DNA from: Flavobacteriales bacterium
GTDB lineage: Bacteria; Bacteroidota; Bacteroidia; Flavobacteriales_D; CAJJDF01
Direction of reading: 5' to 3'
NCBI GenBank assembly: GCA_018609055.1
Contig: JABAYJ010000003.1
Coordinates: 25,457 to 89,456 of the forward strand
DNA length: 64,000 nucleotides
The translations under genes and the position numbers were made by a program. Under the pieces are notes generated by a model, which worked only from the letters and a program-made list of their open reading frames with translations, did not search any database and was not told where the DNA came from. Below are positions 1 through 9,618 of this stretch, piece after piece (position 1 is the first letter of the stretch; each line of letters opens with the position of its first letter).

Positions 1-287
1 GTGATGGTGAAAAACCATCTGCAGAAGACAAAGTGAATACTCACTACCATGGAACTTTAATTGATGGAACAGTATTCGATAGTTCTGTTGAAAGAGGTGA
101 ACCAATCTCATTTCCATTAAATGGAGTTATTGCAGGATGGACTGAAGCTTTACAATTAATGCCTGTTGGAAGTAAATGGAGATTATTTGTACCTTCGCAT
201 TTAGCATACGGAGAAAGAGGACAAGGAGCAATCCAACCTCACTCAACATTAATATTTGAAGTAGAATTATTAGCAATAGAAAAATAA
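1..287 (+). CDS. FKBP-type peptidyl-prolyl cis-trans isomerase, C-terminal part (5' end lies upstream of the window)
   Basis: Frame 3 is open from base 3 ([29 protein letters not shown]...). FKBP_C signatures are present: [36 protein letters not shown]. Stop codon at 285-287. Confidence 0.9.
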   Translation, partial: DGEKPSAEDKVNTHYHGTLIDGTVFDSSVERGEPISFPLNGVIAGWTEALQLMPVGSKWRLFVPSHLAYGERGQGAIQPHSTLIFEVELLAIEK

Positions 288-299
288 ACACAAACAAAC

Positions 300-1247
300 A
301 TGAAAAAATTAATAGGATTTGGAGCTATAGCAGCACTAATGTTATCAACCTCTTGTGGAGGAGATAAAGATGTAACTGCTGTAACAGGGTTTAATGGATT
401 GGATAGCTTTAACGATAGTTTAAGTTACTGTATTGGAGCTAACATTGCTGGAAACTTCCAACAAAATAGCTTAGATAAATCATTCTCTACAAAAGCTTTT
501 GACAAAGGGATGAAAGATGGTTTAGAAGAAGGAACAGAATTGTTACTTGCTATGGAATCAATGGATGCTGTGATGAGACAACAAGTAATGATGTTAAGAA
601 TGGATACTACTCCAGTAAAATATACTCCAGAAGCTATTGGAGGTTTTACTTCATTAGGTTCTCTTAAAGATTCTATGAGTTACTTTTTAGGAGTAAACGT
701 ATCTGGAAGTATGAAAAGTGGAGGGATAATTGATTATTATTCTGAGCCTTCTTTCTACAAAGGAATGGAAGATGTGTTAATGGGGAAAGATGCTAAATTA
801 TCTGACTCTTTAGGAAAGATTTTATTTGAAAAAATTAGCGCAATAGAAACTGCTAAAATTCAGGTAGAAGGAGAGGAATTTCTTAACGCTAAATCTGCTG
901 AAGCTGATGTAGTAACTTTACCAAGTGGATTAAGATACAAAATCTTAAAAGAAGGAAAAGGAGCTAAACCAACTGCAGTTGATACTGTATTGGCACATTA
1001 CCATGGTACTTTTATTGATGGAACTGTATTTGATAGTTCAGTTGAAAGAGGTGAACCAAGTAAATTTGGTGTAACTCAAGTAATTCCAGGATGGATTGAA
1101 GCTTTACAATTAATGCCATTAGGAAGTAAGTGGGAATTATTTATTCCTTTCGATTTAGCTTATGGTGCTGGAGGAAGACCAGGAATACCTCCTTATTCTC
1201 CTTTAGTATTTGAAGTAGAATTAATCGAAATTATGAAAGCAAAATAA
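300..1247 (+). CDS. FKBP-type peptidyl-prolyl isomerase lipoprotein (Mip/FkpA-like) with duplicated N-terminal domain
   Basis: Signal peptide with lipobox (LMLSTSCGG). Two similar N-terminal segments (DSLSYCIGANIAGN...FDKGMKDGL and DSMSYFLGVNVSGS...FYKGMEDVL). C-terminal FKBP core ([14 protein letters not shown]...GWIEALQLMPLGSKW...LAYGAGG). Confidence 0.9.
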   Translation: MKKLIGFGAIAALMLSTSCGGDKDVTAVTGFNGLDSFNDSLSYCIGANIAGNFQQNSLDKSFSTKAFDKGMKDGLEEGTELLLAMESMDAVMRQQVMMLRMDTTPVKYTPEAIGGFTSLGSLKDSMSYFLGVNVSGSMKSGGIIDYYSEPSFYKGMEDVLMGKDAKLSDSLGKILFEKISAIETAKIQVEGEEFLNAKSAEADVVTLPSGLRYKILKEGKGAKPTAVDTVLAHYHGTFIDGTVFDSSVERGEPSKFGVTQVIPGWIEALQLMPLGSKWELFIPFDLAYGAGGRPGIPPYSPLVFEVELIEIMKAK

Positions 1248-1273
1248 TTCAGTTAAAAAACTGTATTTTTAAA

Positions 1274-1306
1274 GCATCAATTCAAATTTTGGATTGATGC
1301 TTTTTT
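1274..1306 (+). terminator. Rho-independent terminator
   Basis: Perfect 8-bp stem GCATCAAT (1274-1281) / ATTGATGC (1293-1300) followed by TTTTTT (1301-1306). Confidence 0.7.
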
Positions 1307-1320
1307 ATTTTAACACCTTT

Positions 1321-1782
1321 ATGATGAAATATATATCCATAATAATACTGAGTTGTTTAATCTTCTTTTCATGTTCATCAAAGAAGAAAACTGTAAACTC
1401 CAAAACTCCTACTGAACTAAGTAAAGCAGACACTGGACCAAAAATTGGTGAAATCGTAGCATTGAAAAGTGGATTAAAATACAAAATCATTAAAAGAGGA
1501 ACTGGAAAATCTCCAAAAATGAACAGTAAAGTGAGAGCTCATTATCATGGAACTCTTGAAGACGGAAAAGTATTCGATAGCTCTATTGACAAGGGAAAGC
1601 CATTAGTTTTTACATTGAACCAAGTAATAAAAGGATGGCAAGAAGGATTGCAATTAATGAAAGAAGGTGGAGTTTGGGAATTATATATTCCAACAAACTT
1701 AGGTTATGGTGCTTCAGGAAGACCAGGAATACCTCCCTTTTCAAATCTTACATTTAGAGTTGAGCTTTTAGAAGTTCTTTAA
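1321..1782 (+). CDS. FKBP-type peptidyl-prolyl isomerase lipoprotein
   Basis: The track ORF starts at 1294, inside the upstream terminator hairpin. ATG at 1321 gives MMKYISIIILSCLIFFSCSS (lipobox). FKBP core YHGTLEDGKVFDSS...GWQEGLQLMKEGGVW...LGYGASG. Confidence 0.85.
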   Translation: MMKYISIIILSCLIFFSCSSKKKTVNSKTPTELSKADTGPKIGEIVALKSGLKYKIIKRGTGKSPKMNSKVRAHYHGTLEDGKVFDSSIDKGKPLVFTLNQVIKGWQEGLQLMKEGGVWELYIPTNLGYGASGRPGIPPFSNLTFRVELLEVL

Positions 1783-3134
1783 AAGTAAAATAAGTATCCT
1801 ATATATAGATAAAGGAACAACCCAATAACATCATTAGATGTGGTAATAAATGGCCCTGTAGCAAGTGCAGGATCAATATTTCGTTTGTGTAGTAAAAGTG
1901 GAACAAGAGTTCCAAAAATACCAGCAAAAATAATTACTGCTAATAAAGAAAGCCCAACAGTAAGTCCTAATTTTAAATCGGAGTCTACCAAAAAGATAAA
2001 TAGGAATATTAGAATAGCACATACAATGCCATTAAGTAATGCTACTCTAAATTCTTTAAATAGCTTTCCAACTATTCCGCTTAAATCAATGTTGTTACTC
2101 GCAATACCTTGTACTACGATAGCTGAGGATTGAACTCCTACATTTCCTGCCATTGCAGCAATTAATGGGATGAATAAAGCCATTTCAGGAAACTGACCTA
2201 GCTGCACTTCAAACAAACCTATTACTTTAGCACCTAAAACTCCTCCTACTAATCCAACAATTAGCCAAGGTAATCTTGCTCTTGTAAGTGCAAAAACACT
2301 ATCACTAGATTCTACATTTTCGGATATACCACTTGCCATTTGGTAATCTTTTTCAGCCTCTTCTTGAATAATATCTACTACATCATCAATTGTAATTCTT
2401 CCTATTAATATCCTATCAGGATTAAGAACTGGAAGAGCTACAAAATCATATTTTTGCATCATAGATGCTACCTCTTCAGTACTCTCATCCGAATTTACCG
2501 AACGAACATTCTCGATATAAATGTCTTTTACCAATGTTCCTCTTTTGGCAAATAACAAACTTTTTAAAGACAACATTCCTGTTAGTCTTTTATCATTATC
2601 TACCACATAAACCGTGTAGATGTATTGAACATCTTCTGCTTGTATACGCATTTCTTCAATACATTGATCCGTAGTCCAATTCTCATTTACACAAATAAGC
2701 TCGGTACCCATTATGGCACCAGCTGTATTTTCTTCGTATTGCATTAACGAAGCAATATCTATTGCTTGTTGTGGATCTTCAATCTGTTGTATTACTGCTT
2801 CCTGCTTTTCTTCGGGCATTTCTGCCATAATATCTGCAGCATCATCAGAGTCCATGTTATCCATTTGCTCTGCAATTTCCTTAGCAGATAAAGCCTTCAG
2901 AAATTTAAGACGGATGTCCTCTTCTAATTCAACTAGTACATCAGAAGCTCTTTCATCTTCCAGTAACCGGAAAATGTATTTAGCTTCCTCCATAGAAACC
3001 ACATCCAATATCTCAGCAATATCAGCTTCATGGAGCTTGTTCAATGAATTAACCACAGCTTCTCTATTATCAGAAGCTATTAGCTCCTGAATTTCTTCAA
3101 TAAAGTCTTTGGTTAATTTAAATTGCAAATCCAT
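1779..3134 (-). CDS. mgtE: Magnesium transporter MgtE
   Basis: 451 aa. N-terminal MgtE_N acidic helical region, tandem CBS-like region and a C-terminal 5-TM domain with PFITTSNDVIGL-type motif. Confidence 0.9.
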   Translation of the reverse strand: MDLQFKLTKDFIEEIQELIASDNREAVVNSLNKLHEADIAEILDVVSMEEAKYIFRLLEDERASDVLVELEEDIRLKFLKALSAKEIAEQMDNMDSDDAADIMAEMPEEKQEAVIQQIEDPQQAIDIASLMQYEENTAGAIMGTELICVNENWTTDQCIEEMRIQAEDVQYIYTVYVVDNDKRLTGMLSLKSLLFAKRGTLVKDIYIENVRSVNSDESTEEVASMMQKYDFVALPVLNPDRILIGRITIDDVVDIIQEEAEKDYQMASGISENVESSDSVFALTRARLPWLIVGLVGGVLGAKVIGLFEVQLGQFPEMALFIPLIAAMAGNVGVQSSAIVVQGIASNNIDLSGIVGKLFKEFRVALLNGIVCAILIFLFIFLVDSDLKLGLTVGLSLLAVIIFAGIFGTLVPLLLHKRNIDPALATGPFITTSNDVIGLFLYLYIGYLFYF

Positions 3135-3205
3135 CTTATGGTGTTTTGGAAAAGTAAATATATTGTTTTTGAGCTATAATAGCTAATAAAATAGGCTGTT
3201 TAAGA

Positions 3206-4153
3206 CTATTGTTCTCTTTCCAATAAGTTCTTTGCAAACAACTTAATTGGTGATAAATCTACTCCTTCGATACTGGACAGACTTTGGTCAGAGAGTTCAA
3301 AATATTCCGAAATCATTGCTTCGGTTTTTTCTTTCACTTCAATATCTTCAAAAATAACAGTTAGTTTCTCCACTCTGTTTTCATCTTGCGAGTTAATCAA
3401 AGTTTCTATTTGAGATTTTTGCGACTCGTTAGCCTCATTTAATGCTATTAAATAAGGAATTGCCTTTTTCCTGTTTAGTAAATCTCCTCCAACAGTTTTA
3501 CCCATTTTTATGCTTTTAGGATATAAATCCAAATAGTCGTCTTGTAACTGAAAAGCTAAACCAAGGTTAATTCCAAATCGGTATATTTTTTCTTGAATCT
3601 CACTAGAAGCTTTTCCAAAAATAGCTCCAGCTTCAAAACAAAACCCAATAAGTACAGAGGTTTTATTCTTTATCATTTCCATGTATTCTGGAATAGAAAC
3701 TTGGTCTCTTTCCTCAAAATCCATGTCATCTTGCTGACCTTCGCATAACCACAAAGCCATTTTGTTAAACGCTCTATAAATTGCTGGCTGAAACTCAACA
3801 GGAATTTTTTCGATAAGCTGGTAGGCCTGAATCATCATGGCATCTCCAGATAAAATGGCATTGTTCACATTCCATTTTTCATGAACAGTTTGGTTTCCTC
3901 TTCTTAGCGAAGAATTATCCATAATATCATCATGCATTAAAGTGAAATTATGAAAAACCTCAACTGCCAATGCAAGTGGCAAAGCTTCTTGCTTATTTCC
4001 TCCAAAGATAGAAACCGCATCCAACAAAACTATTGGGCGAATTCTCTTTCCTCCAATATTCAGCAAATATTTAACCGGCTCATATAAAGCATGGTGTTCA
4101 AATTGAGTTAAATACTGTTCTAACTCAGATTCAATTAATTCTTTTCCCTTCAT
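3206..4153 (-). CDS. Polyprenyl (geranylgeranyl/octaprenyl-type) diphosphate synthase
   Basis: The two aspartate-rich motifs of trans-prenyltransferases are present: LMHDDIMD and QLQDDYLD. The start overlaps the rfbA stop by 1 nt (TAATG on the minus strand). Confidence 0.85.
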   Translation of the reverse strand: MKGKELIESELEQYLTQFEHHALYEPVKYLLNIGGKRIRPIVLLDAVSIFGGNKQEALPLALAVEVFHNFTLMHDDIMDNSSLRRGNQTVHEKWNVNNAILSGDAMMIQAYQLIEKIPVEFQPAIYRAFNKMALWLCEGQQDDMDFEERDQVSIPEYMEMIKNKTSVLIGFCFEAGAIFGKASSEIQEKIYRFGINLGLAFQLQDDYLDLYPKSIKMGKTVGGDLLNRKKAIPYLIALNEANESQKSQIETLINSQDENRVEKLTVIFEDIEVKEKTEAMISEYFELSDQSLSSIEGVDLSPIKLFAKNLLEREQ

Positions 4154-5025
4154 TAAATTTCTTCTTCTTGAATCAATGTCATTAAATAATCTCCATATCC
4201 ACTTTTAAGTAATGGAGTAGCTATGGTTCTTAATTGTTCTTTATTAATAAATCCTCTAGAGTAAGCTACAGCTTCAATACAACCTATTTTAAGCCCTTGT
4301 CTTTCTTCTACAACCTGAACAAACTGACTTGCTTGAATAAGCGAATGAAATGTTCCTGTATCTAACCAGGCTGTTCCTCTATCAAGAATAGAAACACTTA
4401 GTCTACCTTGCTTCAGGTATTCGTTATTCACATCAGTAATTTCGTATTCTCCTCTTGGACTTGGTTTGATGTTTTTAGCAATTTCTACAACCGAGTTATC
4501 ATAAAAATACAATCCTGGAACTGCATAATTTGATTTGGGCTTTGTAGGTTTTTCTTCAATAGAAATAGCGTTCATTTCTGAATCAAATTCCACAACCCCA
4601 TATCTTTCTGGATCCGAAACGTGATAAGCAAATACTACTCCTCCATCAGGATTTACTTGTTCCTGAAGGTTTTTAGATAAGTCACCTCCATAAAAAATAT
4701 TATCTCCCAAAATAAGTGCTACGCTATCGTTTCCTATAAACTCTTCTCCTAGTACAAAAGCCTGAGCCAATCCATTAGGGATTTCTTGAACTTTGTATGT
4801 GAATTCGCATCCTATTTGACTACCGTCTCCCAATAGTTTTTCAAAATTTGGTAAATCCTGTGGAGTAGAAATAATAAGAATTTCTCTTATTCCCGAACTC
4901 ATGAGAGTTGCCAATGGATAATAAATCATTGGTTTGTTGTAAACTGGCATTAATTGCTTGCTTACTGCTAAAGTAAGCGGGTGAAGTCTTGTGCCAGAAC
5001 CTCCAGCTAAAATTATTCCTTTCAT
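4153..5025 (-). CDS. rfbA: Glucose-1-phosphate thymidylyltransferase
   Basis: [18 protein letters not shown]...[18 protein letters not shown]-terminus and overall 290-aa RmlA architecture. Confidence 0.92.
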   Translation of the reverse strand: MKGIILAGGSGTRLHPLTLAVSKQLMPVYNKPMIYYPLATLMSSGIREILIISTPQDLPNFEKLLGDGSQIGCEFTYKVQEIPNGLAQAFVLGEEFIGNDSVALILGDNIFYGGDLSKNLQEQVNPDGGVVFAYHVSDPERYGVVEFDSEMNAISIEEKPTKPKSNYAVPGLYFYDNSVVEIAKNIKPSPRGEYEITDVNNEYLKQGRLSVSILDRGTAWLDTGTFHSLIQASQFVQVVEERQGLKIGCIEAVAYSRGFINKEQLRTIATPLLKSGYGDYLMTLIQEEEI

Positions 5026-5136
5026 ATTATGGGAATTAAATAAATTATTGGTTATAAATCGGCACTAAAATAAGGTTTCTTTCAAGGATTTACAAACTAA
5101 AAGCATTTTCCCTATCTTAGAAAACAATTTTATAAC

Positions 5137-5868
5137 ATGGCAAAAAAATACCAAGTAGATTACTATTCGTTTTTAGGATTTATTCTGTTTTCAATAATCA
5201 TTGTTTTTATCTGGAGAACCTACTATGGATATTACATTCTGTACCCTTTTACCATAATGGGAACTTGGTTTCACGAAATGGGACACGGAATTATGTCCAT
5301 TATTGTTGGTGGTAAATTTCAGTATCTCGAAATATTCGAAAATGGTTCTGGATTGGCTCATAGTAGTTATTACGATTCAGATTTTTATTTCAATAAAAAT
5401 CTAGCGTTAGCAATGGTTACTACTGCAGGTTTATTTGGCCCACCAGTGGTTGGTTCTATTCTTATTTTGATGAGCAAGAATTTTAAGAAATCAAAAATCA
5501 TACTTTACATTCTTTCTGTTTCTATGCTTATTTCGGTAGCCATTTGGGTGCGAACTACAGTAGGAGTTGTAGTAATACTTTCGTTAGGTGCGCTTTTACT
5601 TTTTATTTCCGTAAAAGCAAAGCCAATGATACATCAGTTTGTAGTACAAATAATTGGAGTAATAGCCGTAGTAAATACTTTTAGACAAATTGGTTATTTG
5701 TACATAGAAAAAGTAACTGTTGGCGGACTAGAAGAAAGTTTTTCTGATACAGGTTCTATTGCAAATAGGTTGGGAATGACTTATTACTTTTGGGGAACTC
5801 TTATTTTAATATTGAGTTTTGTGATGTTGGTTTACAGTTTGTATTTAAGGAATAAAACCAGAGTTTAA
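5137..5868 (+). CDS. Polytopic membrane protein with HExxH motif (M50-like metallopeptidase family)
   Basis: Six or more hydrophobic segments. HEMGHG motif at the end of TM2 (WFHEMGHGIMSIIVGG). Confidence 0.6.
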   Translation: MAKKYQVDYYSFLGFILFSIIIVFIWRTYYGYYILYPFTIMGTWFHEMGHGIMSIIVGGKFQYLEIFENGSGLAHSSYYDSDFYFNKNLALAMVTTAGLFGPPVVGSILILMSKNFKKSKIILYILSVSMLISVAIWVRTTVGVVVILSLGALLLFISVKAKPMIHQFVVQIIGVIAVVNTFRQIGYLYIEKVTVGGLEESFSDTGSIANRLGMTYYFWGTLILILSFVMLVYSLYLRNKTRV

Positions 5869-6545
5869 TCCTCAACATCAACAAATTTATACCCAACACC
5901 TTTCACTGTTTTGATATAATCGTCTCCTATTTTTTCTCTTAACTTTCTTATGTGAACGTCAATTGTTCTGTCACCAACAACAATGTCGTCTCCCCAAACA
6001 GAAGCGAAAATTTTCTCACGAGTAAACACATTGTCTGGTTTTGACATTAACAAAGCCAACAATTCAAATTCTTTTTTAGGTAAGGATATCTCAGTATCTC
6101 TTTGGACGACAATATACTTTTCCCTATCAATTCTCATTGTAGCAGTTTCCTCTATAAGTTGATCCTCAACAGTTCCCCTCCTAAGCAATCCTTTAATCTT
6201 ACTAAAAAGAACTTTTGGTTTAATAGGCTTAGTAATGTAGTCGTCTGCACCAGCATCAAATCCTGCAATTTGCGAATAATCTTCACTTCTGGCAGTTAAA
6301 AAAGCAATGATTGTATTGGCAAGTAATTTATTTTTTCTGATTTCACCACATGCTTCAATTCCATCCATTTCTGGCATCATAACATCCATAATAATAAGTT
6401 CGGGCAAAAACTCATTGGCTACTTCAATAGCTTTTTCCCCATTGAGAGCAGTTTTTACTTCATACCCTTCTTTAGTAAGGTTATATTCTAGTAAATCTAG
6501 AATATCCTCATCATCATCTACTAATAAAATCTTGCTTGACTTCAT
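5865..6545 (-). CDS. OmpR/PhoB-family response regulator (receiver + winged-helix DNA-binding domain)
   Basis: Receiver motifs (LLVDDDEDIL, IMDVMMPEMDG, DDYITKPIKPK). C-terminal trans_reg_C (LPKKEFELLALL...DRTIDVHIRKLREKI...GVGYKF). No histidine kinase gene is adjacent. Confidence 0.9.
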   Translation of the reverse strand: MKSSKILLVDDDEDILDLLEYNLTKEGYEVKTALNGEKAIEVANEFLPELIIMDVMMPEMDGIEACGEIRKNKLLANTIIAFLTARSEDYSQIAGFDAGADDYITKPIKPKVLFSKIKGLLRRGTVEDQLIEETATMRIDREKYIVVQRDTEISLPKKEFELLALLMSKPDNVFTREKIFASVWGDDIVVGDRTIDVHIRKLREKIGDDYIKTVKGVGYKFVDVED

Positions 6546-6633
6546 ATTAATTTAATAATTGTTTAACAAATAAAAGGCTTTTTTTTGTTCTCTACTCACT
6601 TAAAATTAAAAGCTACATAAACATAATGGTGGC

Positions 6634-6656
6634 TTAACATTGAGTTAATATTAAAC
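6634..6656 (+). promoter_or_regulatory. Candidate response-regulator box: TTAACATT-gag-TTAATATT-aAAC (8-3-8 direct repeat, 11-bp period)
   Basis: It lies in the divergent region between the response regulator and the TonB receptor. A near-identical copy is at 12299-12321. It overlaps the expected -33 position of a TTCCTTTG -7-like box at 6660-6667. Confidence 0.45.
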
Positions 6657-6686
6657 CAATTCCTTTGTTACAAATAAAAAAAGAAA

Positions 6687-9452
6687 ATGAAAAAATTTAT
6701 ATTCTTAGCATTATTACTAGTTTCCTCTTATGGGAATGGACAGTTTAAAATTAACGGAACCGTAACAGGTAACACAGATGATTTAATTGAGCCAGTAGCC
6801 TTTGCAAATATATTAATAAAAGGAACTTCTATTGGTGCTTCTACTGATTTTGACGGAAAATTCACATTAAATATAGACAAAGGAACATATGTGTTAGTAA
6901 TCTCTTCAATAGGGCTTGATAAGCAAGAAATAACAGTACAAATAGTAGATTCTAACGTTACTGTAGCAGTAGAACTTACTTCCTCATCCACTTATATTGG
7001 AGTAGTAAATATAGTAGGTAGAGAAGTTGGAGGAACTAAAACTATGGATATCTCCGAAGTAAAAAACTCTGATGGTGTTGATGCTGTAATAGGTGAAGAA
7101 AAAATGAAAGAAACAGGAGTTTCTGATGCTGGTGGAGCTGCAAAAAAGGTAGTAGGTTTATCAGTAGTAGGTTCAGGAAATGTATATGTAAGAGGTTTAG
7201 GAGACCGATACAATTCGGCATATTTAAATGGGCTACCAATTGCATCTCCAGACCCAGACAAAAAAGTAATTCCATTGGATTTATTCCCTACAAATGTCAT
7301 AAAATCTATGACAGTGAAAAAGGCTTACATGCCAAATTTAGAAGGAGATTTTTCTGGAGGGGCAATGGATATTTCTACCAAAGTATACCCGGACGAAAAA
7401 GTGCTTAAAATTTCATTGGGAACAGGGTTAAACTCTCAATCTATTGGAAGACAAAGAATGACTTATGAAGGAGGAGGATTAGATTACCTAGGTTTTGATG
7501 ATGGAATAAGAGCTATTCCAGATGCAATTACTAATGAAGATGCTTATCGTTCTACCGAAGGGAGTAAATCCTTATTTGCTAATAATTTAAATCCAGTACA
7601 TAAGTCTACTTTACCAAATACAAGTTTTGGTTTATTTGCGGGTAATGTATTTGAATTAGATAACGATAAAAACTCTAAAGTTGGTTTTTTGGTTTCATTA
7701 AACCACTCTAACAGCAATGAATATGCATTTGGAAAATATAGAGTAATCAATACACAAGAAGATATACAAATTGATTATGACTTTGAAGATTACACTACTT
7801 CTACTTCTACTTCTGCATTAGCAAACATTGGTTTTGATATTGATGAAAACAACCTTATTTCTTATAATTTTTTGTATGTAAATACCTCTAGCGATCAAGT
7901 AAAAGAAGTATACGGATCACACTGGGATTATGCTAGAAACGTATACGCTAGAAGATTCACTTTTAAGCAAAACAACTTAATGAATAACCAAATTACTGGT
8001 TCTCATTTCTTAATGGATAAAAACAAATTAAGAATAAACTGGTCGGCAGCACTTAACAATGCAAACAGTACTGAACCAGACAGAAGACAATTAGTCTATT
8101 TCTTTGATGATAAAGAAGATCCCGAAAACTATACGATAAATGCTACCGATAGAATTGAAAACCACCGTTTTTTCTCTTTCTTATCTGAAAGACAATTCAC
8201 TGCCAAAGCTGAAGCAACATACGTATTCAAATACAATACAGATAATGTAGAGGATGGAGCAAAATTAGCTTTTACAACAGGAGGTATGATTAAGAGAAAA
8301 ACAAGAGATTTTGATTTTACTCAATTTGTATATGACATGAATTTGTCAGATAATTCATTAGATTTTCTTAATCCAGACTCATACATTAATCCTACAACTC
8401 ACGAAGCAGGAGAGTTTAGTATACAAGAGGCCCTGAACCCTGCAAGTGCATATTTGGCAACACAAAGCATTAATTCTGTATACGGAATGTTAGATTATAA
8501 CATTACTCCTAAAATAGAAATGATTGCAGGAGCAAGAGTAGAAATGAGTGACCAAAAAATAACTTGTTTGGATCAAACTCAACCAGATTTTAAACGAATT
8601 AATCGAATTGTATCTACAGACATTTTACCGTCTTTAATATTAAAGTACCAACCTAATGACACTAATATTGTAAGATTTTCGGCAAGTAAAACAATTACAA
8701 GACCTGGATTTAAAGAAGTAGCGCCATTTCAATATACCGAAGTATTTGCAGGTGCAACTACAGTAGGAAATCCAGAATTAATAAATGGAGAAAACTACAA
8801 CTTTGATGTTAGGTACGAAAGATACCCAAGATTTGGTGAGTTTATGGCGGTAGGAGTATTCTACAAAAAACTAGTAAATCCTATTGAAAAAACAATGGAA
8901 GTTGCTACCAACCAATTACAATCTTTCCGTAATGCTGGAAATGCAACTGTAGCAGGAATAGAATTTGAATACACTAGTTCACTTTCTTTCTTAACTAAAT
9001 CAGATTCTTCGTTTCTTAGGTTTGTTTCTTTAGGAGTTAACGGAACCTATTTATACTCTAAAGTAACTTTTGACCCAGAAGCTAACTTAGCTCAAACAAA
9101 TAGCGAAAGAGCTTTACAAGGAGCTTCTCCATACTTAATTAATCTTGATTTAGCTTACTCTAGAACATTGAAAGAAAACTTAAAAGTAAACTTTAGTATC
9201 TCTTATAATGTATTTGGAAGAAGGATTTATAACGTAGGAATTTATGGCCTTGGTGATGTTTACGAATTACCTGTAAACTCACTTAATTTAGTTGCTGGTG
9301 TAGAACTAGAACACTTTAATTTTGGATTTAGAGTAAACAACTTACTAAATCAAGACATCCGATTTGAGCAAGAAACTCCAAATGAGCCAATCATCATTAA
9401 CTCTGCAAGAAGAGGGGTATTTACATCATTAAGTGTTGGATACAAATTTTAA
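6687..9452 (+). CDS. TonB-dependent outer-membrane receptor with N-terminal carboxypeptidase-regulatory-like domain
   Basis: Signal peptide. CarboxypepD_reg-like start (FKINGTVTG...ANILIKGTSIGASTDFDGKFTL). Plug region (VYVRGLGDRYNSAYLNGLPIASPDP). C-terminal beta-barrel ending in aromatic F (SVGYKF). Confidence 0.9.
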   Translation: MKKFIFLALLLVSSYGNGQFKINGTVTGNTDDLIEPVAFANILIKGTSIGASTDFDGKFTLNIDKGTYVLVISSIGLDKQEITVQIVDSNVTVAVELTSSSTYIGVVNIVGREVGGTKTMDISEVKNSDGVDAVIGEEKMKETGVSDAGGAAKKVVGLSVVGSGNVYVRGLGDRYNSAYLNGLPIASPDPDKKVIPLDLFPTNVIKSMTVKKAYMPNLEGDFSGGAMDISTKVYPDEKVLKISLGTGLNSQSIGRQRMTYEGGGLDYLGFDDGIRAIPDAITNEDAYRSTEGSKSLFANNLNPVHKSTLPNTSFGLFAGNVFELDNDKNSKVGFLVSLNHSNSNEYAFGKYRVINTQEDIQIDYDFEDYTTSTSTSALANIGFDIDENNLISYNFLYVNTSSDQVKEVYGSHWDYARNVYARRFTFKQNNLMNNQITGSHFLMDKNKLRINWSAALNNANSTEPDRRQLVYFFDDKEDPENYTINATDRIENHRFFSFLSERQFTAKAEATYVFKYNTDNVEDGAKLAFTTGGMIKRKTRDFDFTQFVYDMNLSDNSLDFLNPDSYINPTTHEAGEFSIQEALNPASAYLATQSINSVYGMLDYNITPKIEMIAGARVEMSDQKITCLDQTQPDFKRINRIVSTDILPSLILKYQPNDTNIVRFSASKTITRPGFKEVAPFQYTEVFAGATTVGNPELINGENYNFDVRYERYPRFGEFMAVGVFYKKLVNPIEKTMEVATNQLQSFRNAGNATVAGIEFEYTSSLSFLTKSDSSFLRFVSLGVNGTYLYSKVTFDPEANLAQTNSERALQGASPYLINLDLAYSRTLKENLKVNFSISYNVFGRRIYNVGIYGLGDVYELPVNSLNLVAGVELEHFNFGFRVNNLLNQDIRFEQETPNEPIIINSARRGVFTSLSVGYKF

Positions 9453-9477
9453 TTAAAACTTAAACCATTTATATAAA

Positions 9478-9509
9478 GGCATTCTTACTTTGGTAAGGAT
9501 GCCTTTTTT
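9478..9509 (+). terminator. Rho-independent terminator
   Basis: GGCATTCTTAC / GTAAGGATGCC stem (one G-U pair) with a 4-nt loop, then TTTTTT. Confidence 0.7.
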
Positions 9510-9618
9510 AATTTAATGTTAACTCCTAAGGTCATATTCTTAAAATATCCTTAACGCAGTAAATATATTCAAGTAAGATTCATTGTTGATTTTTGTATCA
9601 AATAAAAAAACAAAAAAA

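Noticed and set aside
1294-1320. Longer upstream starts given in the ORF track for several genes (1294, 9583, 15217, 19329, 22404, 23193, 27876, 31438, 40438, 44161).
   Set aside because: Internal ATGs give canonical signal peptides or family-typical N-termini. They also avoid overlap with terminators or neighbouring genes, so I used the shorter models.
2713-3090. A 125-aa Ser-rich ORF lies antisense to mgtE. The track has many similar nested antisense ORFs (e.g. 1840-2133, 6992-7300, 9951-10235, 15510-15902, 17098-17478, 33635-34364, 36587-36850, 38701-39007, 57699-58034, 60954-61426).
   Set aside because: All are fully contained in the opposite strand of genes with strong family motifs. 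They have low-complexity or hydrophobic shadow-frame composition, and I recognise no motif in them. I treated them as non-coding.
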